64,000 nt of DNA. Origin: Heptranchias perlo. Taxonomy: Eukaryota. The position numbers were made by a program, and so were the translations under genes. The notes below the pieces were generated by a model. That model searched no databases and was not told the DNA's origin. It saw only the letters and a list, made by a program, of their open reading frames with translations. Shown here one piece after another: positions 49,613 through 62,175 of the stretch; positions within the stretch are counted from its first letter, which is position 1; each line of letters starts with the position of its first letter. The DNA lies in contig NC_090355.1 of assembly GCF_035084215.1 (NCBI RefSeq), positions 15,934,001 to 15,998,000 of the forward strand, read 5' to 3'.

Positions 49613-50841
49613 AATTAATTAAGTGACTTTTTTTGTGAGAGCCTGAACAGCGATTGTCCGTGGGCTATTGATCATAGGGACATCACAGCTGATTTCCTAG
49701 ACAGGGAAAGGCAGATGAACTGGAATGATCTTTTCTGGTCCAGTACTTTCTGATGAGCTTGATTCTATTCTCACCCACTGTAACACAACTACACTTACAA
49801 CAGGAGTCATTGAGTAATGATTTGGGTTGTGAGCCAGGCTGTAACTCAACATGTATTGGAGATTGATTTGTGATCAATTTGTTATTTGTATTTTTACAAA
49901 CTTGAGTGAACTTATACTGTTTTTTCCTTTTCAGCATTTTCAACGTTTAATATCTTTTCCCCACTTCCCACTCCATTCTTAGCAGAATTTGCTTTTTACT
50001 TCTGAATCAGTTTATATGCTTGTTTTTTTTAAAACTCCCTAAATGTATTTCTTTGAAATATTTCCAGTGCTTGTTTAGTCATCTTGTAAGTGCACAGATT
50101 GTGAAGTTCTGCTTTTTCTGGTGTTGCAGCACTTCAAAAATGTGGGAGCTTCTGTGTAAAAGGCTAAAACCATTATGTAATTTTAAAACATTTGTACTTG
50201 AATATGCTTGTTATATATTTTTGAAGCTGTAACACTGTCTGCAGATTGAGCTATTCTTTGTAGAAGAATATTGCAATATATACAGAAATTGTTCTGCTTA
50301 ATGTTATGGAAAGTTGCTTAATTTTTCCATGCTGCATTATATTCAACATAAACTAGTTGCTCTTCAATAAAGATATACAGTTATATGGCAAATATTGGTG
50401 AGCAAAGTTAATACAGTATATGTTGGCAGTAACTTGTTCTGATCTTAAGTTCTAGCTGTTTTTTCCTTTGGAGTGTCAGCTATGGTAGGTCACTTGTGAC
50501 ATGAGTGGGTGTATGTTCACTCCATGTCTTGTGATTTTTAATAAATTTATACTATAGCAACATTTCTTACAATGGATGTGTATCTGAGTTCACCGAGGCA
50601 TTACATTTCATATTAATCTGACGACCAACAGGCCCAAACCTGTCTGTTAATTTTCAAGATTGATAAATGCACTTCGGAAGCAAAATTGGGTATCAGCGCA
50701 TTTTTTGTAGCTTATGTGCACATACAGTAGCTCAAAATCTGCCTATAAGTTCTATTTTTAAACTTTTTTCTCGTGATGAATTTTTTAGTTCTTATTTGTT
50801 TTAAAAACTAATGGTCTCCTTAAAATTTTCCTCAATTGCAG

Positions 50842-50942
50842 GAAAGAACCGCAGATTGAAGCAAGCAAAGGAGGAAGCTCAGGCTGAGATTGAGCAGTAC
50901 CGTCTACAGAGAGAAAAGGAATTTAAAGCAAAGGAAAATGCT
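50842..50942 (+). CDS. ATP6V1G1: V-type proton ATPase subunit G1, coding exon 2 (101 nt)
   Basis: Acceptor ttgcag|; encodes (R)KNRRLKQAKEEAQAEIEQYRLQREKEFKAKENA; donor |GTATGT. Too short to appear in the ORF track. Confidence 0.97.
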
Positions 50943-52394
50943 GTATGTAGTAAAAGTGCACTGCGTAGATTTTAGTGTAAACTATAAAGATTGTTGCAGG
51001 TCGGGCTCAAAGCTACAAATCCTTGAACATCTAATACTTCAATGAATTGGAGTTCCTTTGCAATATGGTTTTTAAATGCCTCAGTATTCTCCTTGTTAAT
51101 TATAATGAGGTTTTATGAAATTGGGAGTTTGCTGGTTGAGTGCCACTGATTGAGAAGGCAGACTGTTGAGCTTCAGTTAATGATTGCTTTCAACTGACCG
51201 TTTGTGGAAGTTCAGAGTTAATTGAACTGTCTTGGTGTGAAACTGAAATATGTGGTGCTCAGGGCTGTGATTCTGCTTCCAGTGCATTGCAGGCTTCATC
51301 CAGGTGCAATTGCTTAATGAACGGAGGGATTGGTTTCTGTTTGTTCTTGATTTATGCAGTATAGTGATTCGGTGGCTGATAAAACGAAGATCTGAGGACT
51401 AGTTAGTAATTTCCTCATTGCCTTTAATTATTATATAACAAATGAGATTTTCATAAGTCGTTCTTGGAATTACGTATTGAAATACCTACTTGTGCTAAAA
51501 TTAAAAGCTTGGAGGTGAAACCTTTTCTGAAAGATGGGAAAAAATTAGGCAGAAATCCAGGCATTGAATACCTCATTGAGTGAACATGCTGATGAAGGGG
51601 AAGTGGACATTTACATTTCACTCTCTAAATGTTTCCATTGGGTCAATTCTAATTCCCATTTACGAAGCCTTTTCTGAGTTAAATTATCTCAGCCAGGGCA
51701 GAGGTGGGACACGCTGTCCCTGAGTTGGTAGGGAGAAGTTTAGTTGGAGTCTCACTCCTGATCTCAATCCAATAATTTCCATTGTTGGCATGTACACTTC
51801 AGTGGAACTTGAAGATATAGATTGGAGTTAGCTTTCTGAAATGCACTTCACTTTTCACTCCACCCTGACATATGAAGAATGGCCACTTGAGTGAGTTACT
51901 GGAGGCTGTTGGCACCATGTCATGATAACCCTGCATGGGTGGTGTCAAAAGTGGTGGAGGAAACCTGTAACATTGGCACTGTTTACAGTAACATTGCAAT
52001 CTATTTTAAGCTGAGTACAGGATTAGAGCAAAAATTTAAAATCCTTGAGATGCTGAATATACATTGCAAGAGCAAGAAAACAGAAATCAAATAGATGAGT
52101 GGCAAAAGATGGACTTTTTTACATCGGGTAATGGAGTGCTTGCAAAGTGGAAACTGGGATTCCTCCCTCCCCCGGTTAGGAGTAACCATTCAATGTTAAG
52201 GATGGTCTGTTTGATGCTTAAGTTTTGGATAATGTCAATTTAACAGACGAGCAGTCCAAAGAGTAACTTGACATCTCCACACACACATGCAGCTCCATTA
52301 ATAGCTTGGATTTAGAAATGAGGTGGGAATGGAATGCCAATTGAATTTGACAGAAGAAGGATTCATTATGACTCATTTAAAGAAAACTGTTAGA

Positions 52395-52544
52395 TCTGTA
52401 ACCAGATGTGACTGGTTCTGCATTGCATGCCATTCCTGTCACCAAGTCCTGTTCCTGGATTGTCAATGGTCTGTAACCAGATGTGACTGGTTCTGCATTG
52501 CATGCCATTCCTGTCACCAAGTCCTGTTCCTGGATTGTCAATGG
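52395..52544. repeat. Perfect tandem duplication, 2 x 75 bp, in ATP6V1G1 intron 2
   Basis: 52395-52469 is identical to 52470-52544. Confidence 0.95.
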
Positions 52545-52775
52545 TATCATGGTAGTTATTCAACATGATCCAATGAGTCTTCGAGCACCTCCTATTGTCA
52601 AAGAATTTCCAGCTTTCTTAATGTTTTTCAGAGTTCAAACCTGTACTCTGTTACCGATGAATATTTAATGAATGGTATTGCTACTTGAATGTTGTTTACA
52701 ACTCTGGGGAAAGGGGTTAAATAAGGGTACTTATGGAATTGAAGACACACTTGACGTTTTTACTTTCTTTTTCAG

Positions 52776-52949
52776 GCACTTGGCTCACATGGCGATTCAG
52801 CAACTGAAATAGATAAAGACACCGAAGAGAAAATTAAGATAATTGGGGCAAACTATGAGCAGCACAAGGAAATAGTCTTGAATAACCTCCTTACCTTGAT
52901 CTGTGATATAAAACCAGAAATTCATGTAAACTTTCGCATTAATGGTTAG
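52776..52949 (+). CDS. ATP6V1G1: V-type proton ATPase subunit G1, coding exon 3 (174 nt including TAG)
   Basis: Acceptor tttctttttcag|; encodes ALGSHGDSATEIDKDTEEKIKIIGANYEQHKEIVLNNLLTLICDIKPEIHVNFRING*. Spliced CDS is 82+101+174=357 nt = 118 aa plus stop. The G1 paralog assignment rests on the C-terminal RING ending and the WHRN neighbour. Confidence 0.96.
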   Translation, partial: ALGSHGDSATEIDKDTEEKIKIIGANYEQHKEIVLNNLLTLICDIKPEIHVNFRING

Positions 52950-54109
52950 AACTGGAATGTAGTTTTACATTAAACAATACCAAACCACCATAGGGATAAC
53001 AGTATTTTGTACCATGGTTATGCAAACTCTTATTTGTGCAGCATTTTTACCAAAATAAAACCTGCATCAGATGAATTTGAAAAAAGGGCAGATTGCGTTC
53101 CTAATGTTCAAACTATTAAATGTTCCTCCTTTCCACTAGATTTCTCGAGGCAAAACTGAAGGTGCTATAACAGTAATGGTTTTCTATTAAAAATGGGGAA
53201 GGGGCGAGGCTAAACCTTTATTAAATGAAAGATAATTGCTGTATATCTACCAAGAAGTACAAAATGTTAATCCCATTTTCCATATAAATGCCCTTAAAAG
53301 ATTGTATTTTGAAACCTGCATAAAGAGTACATGTTAAACATTGGAAATAACTGAAAAACAAAAGACTATCAAGTACTTAAACATTTTTATACAATATAAT
53401 ATATGGTGAATATTTCCATGCGGATCATTGGAGCTCACAATGTAACAAAGGTATCCTCTGCATTACTGGTGTTCACAGGAATAAAAAGGTGGTCAATGTG
53501 CAGAAGTCTCCACTTGACCAATATGGCAAAAAATAATTCTTTCCATGTAGTGATCTGAAGTTTTGCTCCAACAAAAATGTAGGTGAACTGTAGAAGAACT
53601 GAGGGAAAAGTAACACGTAATTCTGTGCATTTGAAGTATTTGGGGCTGAAAAGGGATATGCTGGACATTTTCTAAAAACAGTGAATTTATTATTGCTTTG
53701 TCAACTGGGTCCAATTTGGAGGTCGACCAAATTGAGACTTTGAGCCTGAAATGGTCTTTAATTGTAAATCATTTAATGGTCCCAGATAAGTTAGTATAAA
53801 GGCTCCAGTTGGAACAGACGTGTCTTTGCATACCATTAAAATCCAATTCAAAAATTAGAACTTGGCCTAGTGAATGATTTTCAGAATCAAAGCTGTTTAA
53901 CAGCTGATAGTTGAAATGATTTTCCAGGTTTGTGTTGATATGTTGATTTAGTATTGTGCAGTACGATGTTATGGCGCACTGGTTCTGAGCAGTTTTATCT
54001 TTCCATTTGAACTCCCATCAGCAATGCTTTATGCTGCTTGCTACGTTTGTTTTCTGTAAACTTTTCTTTGTGTTCGGAAAATAACACTGTCTCTCAATGT
54101 ATCTGTAGC

Positions 54110-54115
54110 AATAAA
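54110..54115 (+). terminator. Candidate distal polyadenylation signal of ATP6V1G1
   Basis: AATAAA followed about 35 nt later by GT/T-rich gatttgtgtttttgtt. It ends a roughly 1.2-kb stretch after the stop codon in which I recognised no repeats. Other AATAAA hexamers occur at 53054 and 53480. Confidence 0.5.
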
Positions 54116-54319
54116 ACAATCACCATCCTCTCAAATCATTGTGTACACAGATTTGTGTTTTTGTTACACATACATGTCATGGGACTTTAACCACTTTCTT
54201 CAAAGTGCTGCATCAGATTGAAAATGTTTGGATATTGTCTGTATTTGATCAGGAAATTAGAATTAATTGGTTTGGTTCTTGTGGCTTGAGTTTTTAATGC
54301 ATATGATACACGCACATGG

Positions 54320-55515
54320 TATGTGGAAATTGCAGAGGCTCTGGCCACAATCTTCCAATTCTCCTTAGATATGGGGATTGCAAATGTTACACTCCTGATC
54401 AAAAAAGGGGAGGGGGATAAACCAGGCAATTACAGTCCATTCAGCCTAACGTCAGTGGTAGGGGAACTGTGAGACAATCCAGGACAAAATTAATTGGCAC
54501 TTGGAAAAATATGGGTTAATAAATGAAAGTCAGCATGGATTTGTTGAAGGAAAATCGTGTTTGACTAACGTGATTAAGTTCTTTGATGAAGTAATGGAAA
54601 AGGTTGATGAGGGTAGTGCAGTTAATGTGTGTATGGACTTTAAAAAGGCATTTGATAAAGTACCACATAATAGACTTTAGCAAAATTAAAGCCCATGGGA
54701 TTAAAGGGACAGTGACAGCGTGGATACAAAATTGGCTAAGGAACAGAAGCAGAGAGTCATGGCAAATGGTTGTTTTTCGGACTGGAAGGAAGTATACAGT
54801 GGTGGTCCCCAGGGGTCAGTGTTCGGACCACTGCTCTTTTTGATATATTAATGACCTGGACTTGGGTAGAGGGTATAATTTCAAAGTTTGCAGATGACAA
54901 AAAACTTGGAAATGTAGTAATGTGGAGGATAGTAACAGACTTAAGAGTACAAAAGCAAGGAAGTTAAGCTAAACCTTTATAAAATACTGTTTAGGCCTCA
55001 GCTGAAGTATTGTTCAATTCTGGGCACCACACTTTAGGAAGGATGCCAAGGCCTTAGGGTGCGGAAGAGATTTACAATATTGGTGCCAGGGATGAGGACT
55101 TCAGTTATGTGGAGAGACTGGAGAAGCTGGGAAGAGAAGAGGTTAAAGGGAGATTTGATCGAGGTATTCAAAATTATGAATGGTTTTGAGAGTAAATAAG
55201 GAGAAACTGTTTCCAGTGGCAGAAGGGTTGGTAACCAGAGGACACAGATTTAAGGTAATTGGCAAAAGAACCAGAGACGACGGGAGGCAAATATATTTTA
55301 TGCAGCAAGTTGTTGTGATCTGGAATGTACTGCCAGAAAGAGTGGTGGAAGCAGATTTAATACTAACTTTCAAAAGGGAATTAGATAAATATATCAAGGG
55401 GGGAAAAAAAATTACAGGGCTGTGGGGCAAGGGAAAGGGACTGATTGGATAGCTCTTTCAAAGAGCTGGCACAGGCATGATGGGCCAAAGGGCCTCCTAT
55501 GCTGTACCTACTATA
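54320..55515 (+). mobile_element. CR1 LINE fragment (degenerate RT to 3' end)
   Basis: QHGFVEGKSCLTN; SKFADD; EKLFPVAEGLVTRGHRFKVIGKR; CR1-type 3'UTR. Confidence 0.9.
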
Positions 55516-55849
55516 TGATACACATCCAGTGCATATGTAACAGGTGTTTTTTGCCCTGTTGATCTGTTACTTAACTGCTATTAAATAAAAGTGATCCAGT
55601 AAATCTTTGAAAATAGACTTGAGATCTCTAACCCACTGTTACAGCAATATCTAGGCCGGGGGGGTGGGATCTGAAAATCATAACTACTCTACATATTCTC
55701 TTTGACTTCAAACAATCAGTATATTTAGATGAGAATGTATGAGTGAGTTTTGCACATGTTGAAATCAGGTTATTTTACTAAAGAACACCTATTCCTTGTT
55801 GGACCAGAGTAGTACTTTCCACTGTAACTTTTCAGTGTCAACTCCCCGT

Positions 55850-56490
55850 CATCAGTTTCGTGGGTGAGGGTCACCATTGACCAGAAGCTGAATTCAACCA
55901 GCTATATAATAGCACTGGCGACAGAAGTAGGGCAGAGGCTGTGTGCTCTGTGATGAGTGGCTGACATTCTGATCCCATCAAAGCATATCCGCCATTTACA
56001 AGGCTTAAGTCAGAAGTGTCATGGAATACTCACCTGGATGGGTGAAGCTGGAACAATACTCAAGATCATCAATACCATCCAGGATAAAGCAGTTTGCTTA
56101 ATTGGTGATTCTGTCACTGAATTCCCCTCCACTACTGATGCATTGTGGCTGCGGTATGTAGTATCTACAGAATGTGCTGCAGCAACTCGCCAAGGTTACT
56201 TTGAAACCTCCTTCCAGCCCCTCGATCTCTACCACGCAAAAGGATAAGCAGCAAATTTATGCATCATTTCCAAGTTTCAAACCAACTCATACACTGTTGT
56301 GATTTGGACATTTATTGCCTTTCCTTCATTGTTACCAGGTCAAAATCCTGCAATCACCCTCTTAACTCCATTGTAGAAGTACCATCACCACAAGGACTGC
56401 ATGGTTCAAGAAGGTGGCCCATCACCAGCTTTTTGGGGAAACGAGGGATGGACAAAAAAATGTGGCTATGCTAGTATCACCCACATCCAA
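55850..56490 (+). mobile_element. Same LINE family, older 3' fragment
   Basis: ILTWMGEAGTILKIINTIQDKAVCLIG. Confidence 0.75.
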
Positions 56491-57877
56491 AAAGCAAATA
56501 CATTTGAAAATATTTCCTGTTTGTGGGATCTGGCTATGTGCAAATTGGCTGCTGCATTTTCCCATTTAACAGTGACTGTAATCCATTGATTGTAAAGGTC
56601 TTTAAGATGTCCTAAAGTTGCGATAAGGTATTTAGATAGATGCACATTATTTTTTGTTCTGTGACCACTGTTGCAAGCATGTGTGTAGGTTGGATGAGAA
56701 TACAATTTGCTTGTGTGATCCCCCCCCCATAGTCAAATAGTTTGCAGGTGCATACTTTCTAAGGCCTGTGAAAAATGACCAATTGGATTAAGTGGAAAAG
56801 GATTGTTAGTGCCCATGGAACCATACCACAACATGTCGTAAAGAATCTGCAGTGGAGGTGGGAAAGGGAGAGAAAATTGGTAGTCAAAAGATCAAAAGCA
56901 CGCTTCTGATCCACTGATTCAGAATAAAACCCACTCTACAGTTCCTCAAAGTGCTTTCACACCAGTTTCAGAAAAGCATTTCCTAATACATCAGTGTGAC
57001 ATTTCCTGTCTGCCCTATCTGTCCTAATAGCCTGTCATTGATGGGTTGGGGTGGCTCCACACTCACCCTCTCCCATAGAAGTATGAACATGTGTCAGTAT
57101 GTATTGTAGCTGCCTGTTGTCTTCCCTGTTTTCAAACCTTGAGCACGTTATAGTACTTAGTGTCTTCCTGAGGGCATTAATGATTTATAAAGACACAGGA
57201 GCCAAGCAAAATAAAGTGACAATAACAGCAATCCCATGCATTATCCCTCCAGCACTCCAGCAGGATGATAAGAGCCTTGTCTGGTTAAATGATTTTCAAC
57301 GACATTATTAACTGAACAACAGTTGGCAACTCCACTTTAGAGCGATAACATGACTTAGACAAAAACATCTCAGATCTGTGTTTACACAAAGCTCATGGAG
57401 TAATCCTGGCAACCTCTGGTAAATCCTTACAAAAGCTGACCTTTGGATTGATTTTTTACACACAGCATGGTTTGGAATGAGTAAGGGGGTGGGGTGGAGA
57501 TCACTGATGTATTGCTGACTGACAGTAATTGGAAGAAGGAAGGATAGAGATGAATTGTACTTGTTGCGACCAAAAAAGACAGATTTGGATTTGTCAGCAA
57601 GAGATTAAGTAAGTTTGAATTTTGAACATTTGATGTTGCTTGCTGAATATATTGGCAAATCTCCCAACATAAATCTAGCTAACATCAGCTACAGGGAAAA
57701 TATCACAGAGCTTGTTTATTTTCTGAAAAGTATAAATAATTGTTATTCTTTTTGATTACATTTGTTCTTAATATTCTGCCTCAAGTACTTCAGCTGTAGG
57801 CAATGACAAAACCTGTCACTGAAAGAAAGAAATCAAAAAGAAACAAATAACATAAATTTGAATGAATTGAAGAATAG

Positions 57878-58250
57878 TCGGACCTGAGCACATGATCTCT
57901 GACTCCAGTGTAATGTTGAGGGAGTATTGCATTGTCAGAGGTGCCCTCCTGTTCAGGAGGAATTAAACTGAGGCCCAGTTTGTCTGTTTAGCTAGTTCAG
58001 CTGGGTTTTAAGGATTCTATAGCACTATTTGAAAAACAGCAAAGAGTTCTCCAAGTGTCCTGGACAACATTCCTCCCTCACCAAACACCACCAAAAAGAG
58101 ATGAACCTGTCACTTGTTTTATTCCTACTTGTTGAATTTTAACTTGGGTAAATGGGCTGTCTCTGTTGCCTACATAACAACGGTACACAGCACTTCAAGA
58201 GTAGTTGATTGGATGTGAACCACTTTGAGACATTTTGAGGATATGACAAG
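57878..58250 (+). mobile_element. Degenerate Deu-domain SINE copy
   Basis: Core and tail similarity; head missing. Confidence 0.6.
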
Positions 58251-58254
58251 AATA

Positions 58255-58255
58255 T

Positions 58256-58289
<34 letters not shown>
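58255..58289. repeat. Compound (AC)n(AT)n microsatellite
   Basis: Direct read. Confidence 0.9.
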
Positions 58290-59395
58290 CACCCCATCAT
58301 TGGCAGCTGTGCCTTCAGCTGCCTCGGCCTCATGCTCTGGAATTCCTTTTTTAAACCCCTCTGCCTCTCCTCCTTTCAGGGGCACTTTAATGCATGGGCC
58401 TACGTGGCCCTGTGCAAATACGCATTGTACAATTGAGGTGTAATGCAGATGTACAAGCTTAGTATGTTGTGATATGATTTGCTTTATTATTAGTGCTGCC
58501 TATTCCTTCATGCATATTACTACAATTTTGTGTTTAAATGGATGGGGAGAGGGTTGTGCGAGGGTGGGTGCTGAAGTGTCCCAAGAATTCTTAATCTGGC
58601 ATCTAGCTCCTTTAAGATCCTCCTTAAAACTCACCTCTATTACCAAGCTTATCATCACCCCTCCTAATTTCTCCATCTTTGGCTTGGCGCCCATTTTTGT
58701 CTGATTATGCCTCTAAAGCACCTTGGGATGTTTTCCATGGTAAAGGCGCTATATAAATGCAAGTTGTTGTGATTTTCTTTTCTTGGTAATTAACTGCTAT
58801 TGAGTTCCTTAACTGGACTTTTTCTTTTACCTTGATATTTTGGCAGAAGATAATTAAAATTGATTATTGTTTGGCTTTATTTGTTAACATACGTGAATTT
58901 TCGTTTAACCAAAGTGAGTAGCTGGAATTTAGTAGTGGAAGATCCAGCCATTGAACTCACATCTAAAACAAGGTTTGCTGTAGTTTCATTGGGTAAATAC
59001 ATGCCACACGATGAAAGTTTGAGTTCGGTGTCATGTGAAATAAACATAAACCGATATTGATGGAATTTTACTGTAATTCATTAGAATAAAACACGACCGA
59101 CAACTATATGTTTGCTCTCCGTCAGATGCATAGATGTCACAAACCAGTTTCGATAAGAATGCAGCTGCAGCATTTTATTTTAAAGTTTGATTCTTCATTA
59201 AGAAGCGATCTGATGTTAATATCTACGTTAATTTACTAAGGCGTGATTGATTTGGACGTTTTGTAGGTTAATACATTCTCAAATGCTTTAGTGGGTGGGA
59301 GTGGACGCGCCTAGTCTGTGGGGGGTGAAAGTGTAACCAGGGTGGGGGCTGAGACGGACACGTCGGGTCACATCCGAAGCTGTAGTCCGAGGATC

Positions 59396-59492
59396 ATGGC
59401 GTGTGCAGCGGGGCTCACTACCGGGCACGATTTACCAGAGTCACCTTACCGCAATACAGCAGAGCGGGACTGCACCGTCCGATGGCAAGAAG
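59396..59492 (+). CDS. TMEM268: Probable first coding exon of transmembrane protein 268
   Basis: CpG-rich patch, ATCATGG Kozak context, MACAAGLTTGHDLPESPYRNTAERDCTVRWQE, then donor AAG|GTCAGA (phase 1). Resembles the recalled human start MAC...WGQE and sits in the expected syntenic position. The conserved core exons were not seen in the window. Confidence 0.6.
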
Positions 59493-59984
59493 GTCAGATC
59501 TGTGCATTTTCCGCATAATTTGTCAAATTTCACTGAACCAGCACTTGAGATATCACCTCTGTTGAAGGAGTTTGGATATTTCAGCACTTTTCTTGATCAG
59601 TTGGTTGAGTTAAATCTATCTTAAAAACATAAAACTTTTTTGTTACAGATAATTATGACTTAGTCTGGCCAAACTACGCAAAAATGTAACAATAATAGAT
59701 AATAGTCTGTGTTCAACTGTCACTGACTGGCAACATTCGATGAAAAGTATTGGGTTGTGATGTTGAGCAGAAATGGAAACCGCTTTCCTACTTGTTAAGT
59801 CTGGGGCGGGGGGTCTTCGATGAATTTGCAATACTTAATAAATGGGCTGTAACTTTCATGAGTGGACGCTGGAACGGGAACTTTGGCAGTTAACTTCGCG
59901 GTTCAACACAAACTACTCACAATTTATTTTATTCCTCGAAATTGCCCTCAAAATGTTATTGAATGTAGTCCAAAGTTTAACTTG

Positions 59985-60370
59985 ATTGGGAACACTCTCT
60001 GATTCAGAAGGTTGGGGGTCCAAGCCCTACTCTAGGACCTGAGCACATTATCCAGGCTGACATTTAAGTGCAGTACAGGGAATTCTGCATTGTTGGAGGT
60101 CTTATGGATGAGGATGTTAAACTAAGGTCCCATCTGCCTGTTCAGGTGCACATAAAGGATCCCATGGTATGCTTCAAATAAGTTCTCCTGGTGTTCTGGC
60201 CAACGTTCATCCCTCAATCAACACCAGTAAAACAGGTAATTTATTTAATTTATTGCTCCTGGGATCTAGCTGCCACGTTTGCCTACATAACAACAGTGAC
60301 TATACTTTAAAAGTAATTCATTAGTTGTGAAGTTCTTTGGGGCACCCTGAGGATTTGAAAGGCACTTTTT
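59985..60370 (+). mobile_element. Deu-domain SINE copy
   Basis: Colinear with 6352-6795 but degenerate. Confidence 0.7.
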
Positions 60371-60759
60371 AAATTAACCCAAAATGGATTCCAATTTCAG
60401 GTAAAACACCACCAGTAGGTTTATAGAAGCATTATCCTTGTCTTCGATTTGAAGCTTTATAACTTTTTAGTGAACGTTAACTTCCAAGCAGTATTGACAA
60501 CATTTGTTTTATAATCAATCCTTTACATTAACTCAATGCCTTATTAAAATACTTCAGAACTGTCGATAATAGTTGTTATCTCAAATTAACAGTTAAAGGA
60601 GTTGCTAGCATTGATGGCAGTGTACTCACTGAAACTATGATTCCATAATCAACGATATATCAATTAAAAATACATTATTTTTAAAAAGTGAAATAACTAC
60701 TTGCAACCCGCGCTTGTGGGTTTACTGTAAGTGAACTGAAACTACATGTTCCTGCCTAT

Positions 60760-61040
60760 TTTTAAGGAGGAAATTACTAAATATCTAGATGAAGAGAAAA
60801 TAATTAGAAGCAGTCAAGATGGATTTCAGAAAGGAAGATCATGCTTTGCAAACCTAATAAAGTTCTTTGAGGAGGTGACAGATATGGTGGATGGGGGAAA
60901 TGCAGTAGACATGGGTGTACATGGACTTTGAGAAAACCTTTGACAAGGTACCAAGGAGACTATTGGAGAAGATTAAGAGGTATAGATTGGAAGGATAGGA
61001 AATTGGATTAAAATCTGGTTATAAGGGAGGAAACAGAGAG
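60760..61040 (+). mobile_element. CR1 RT internal fragment
   Basis: IIRSSQDGFQKGRSCFANLIKFFEEVTDMVDGGNAVD. Confidence 0.8.
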
Positions 61041-61659
61041 GAGGAGGTCTGGAACCTTTCTCAGAGGAACAATTTTCTCCAAGCCTATCTGTAAAGCATC
61101 CTGGAACATTTTTATATTAACAGCACTATATAAATGCAAGTTGTTCATTTTCCTCTCATTTTTATCCTCTTGCAGGTATGATATCTAATGTCTAACGCAA
61201 AAACTTGTTCCATCTTGTTGGACTTACCTTCTGGAGCCCTAAAAGCAATGATCAAAACCTTTCCTTATTTAAATTCTGTGACTTGATGTGTTGTTTGCAA
61301 TCATCGCTGCTGATATCTGGCTTAAAGAAGCTTCTTATGGCTTATGCCTTGTGAAGCGCCTCACCGCAATACCCCTTGGCTTGATTTATAATGATTATTT
61401 GACATTATTGTTGATTGGCTTAACCTTGCCCCAGGTGTTTGGCTCTTATGAATGAACTTGTATTTGAATGTTGCTGTATTGCCATTCTGTATAGAATGTG
61501 ATAATGGCCTCTTTTTTCTTTATTTTATATCACTTTATTTTTCCTTGTATTTTTGCAATGTTTTTTTCTTGCATGTTGCAGCTGTTGGTATATAATTCAA
61601 ACATTCTTTAAAAAAAATTTTAAAAGTGAAAAAGTTAAAGAAGTTTAAAAAGTGAAAAC

Positions 61660-61939
61660 TAGAAGGACAAGGGCAGCAGGCGCATGAGATCACCACCACC
61701 TGCACGTTTGCCTCCAAGTCACACACCATCCCGACTTGGAAATATATTGCCATTCCTTCATCGTCGCTGGGTCAAAATCCTAGAACTCCTTACCTAACAG
61801 CACTGTCGGAGAACCTTCACCACACAGACTGCAGCGGTTCAAGGCGGTGGCTCATCACCATCTTCTCAAGGGCAATTGGGGATGGGCAATAAATGTTGGC
61901 CTTGTCAGCGATGCCCACATCCCATGAATGAATAAAAAA
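61660..61939 (+). mobile_element. Same LINE family, 3'-terminal 280 bp
   Basis: Close match to about 1982-2258. Confidence 0.85.
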
Positions 61940-62103
61940 ACAGTGATGGCTGTATTTTTTAGCAAACTATTGCAATTCAACATTGAGCGCCCCCAGCATC
62001 TGGCTGTTAATTGTGCAACAGAAAAGAGAGGGCAATTTTACAGAATAATGTAGCTAGAAAATTTAAAATATACTTATTATGTATTTTATTTCCACCAATG
62101 TAG

Positions 62104-62175
62104 AGTCTTCACAAAGCAAGAACCCAGAGATTATCACAACTGCATGTCTCTCCAGCCTCCCAGATGAAGAACCAA
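62104..62175 (+). CDS. Candidate 72-nt symmetric (phase 1-1) exon of the putative TMEM268 gene
   Basis: Acceptor ttttatttccaccaatgtag| and donor AA|GTAAGA; open and in frame with 59396-59492, giving (E)SSQSKNPEIITTACLSSLPDEEP. No homology recognised. Confidence 0.35.

Noticed and set aside
52323-52568. Cys-rich repeated peptide (zinc-finger-like) or CRISPR-like repeat
   Set aside because: Translation artefact of the 75-bp intronic tandem duplication; there are no spacers and the context is eukaryotic.
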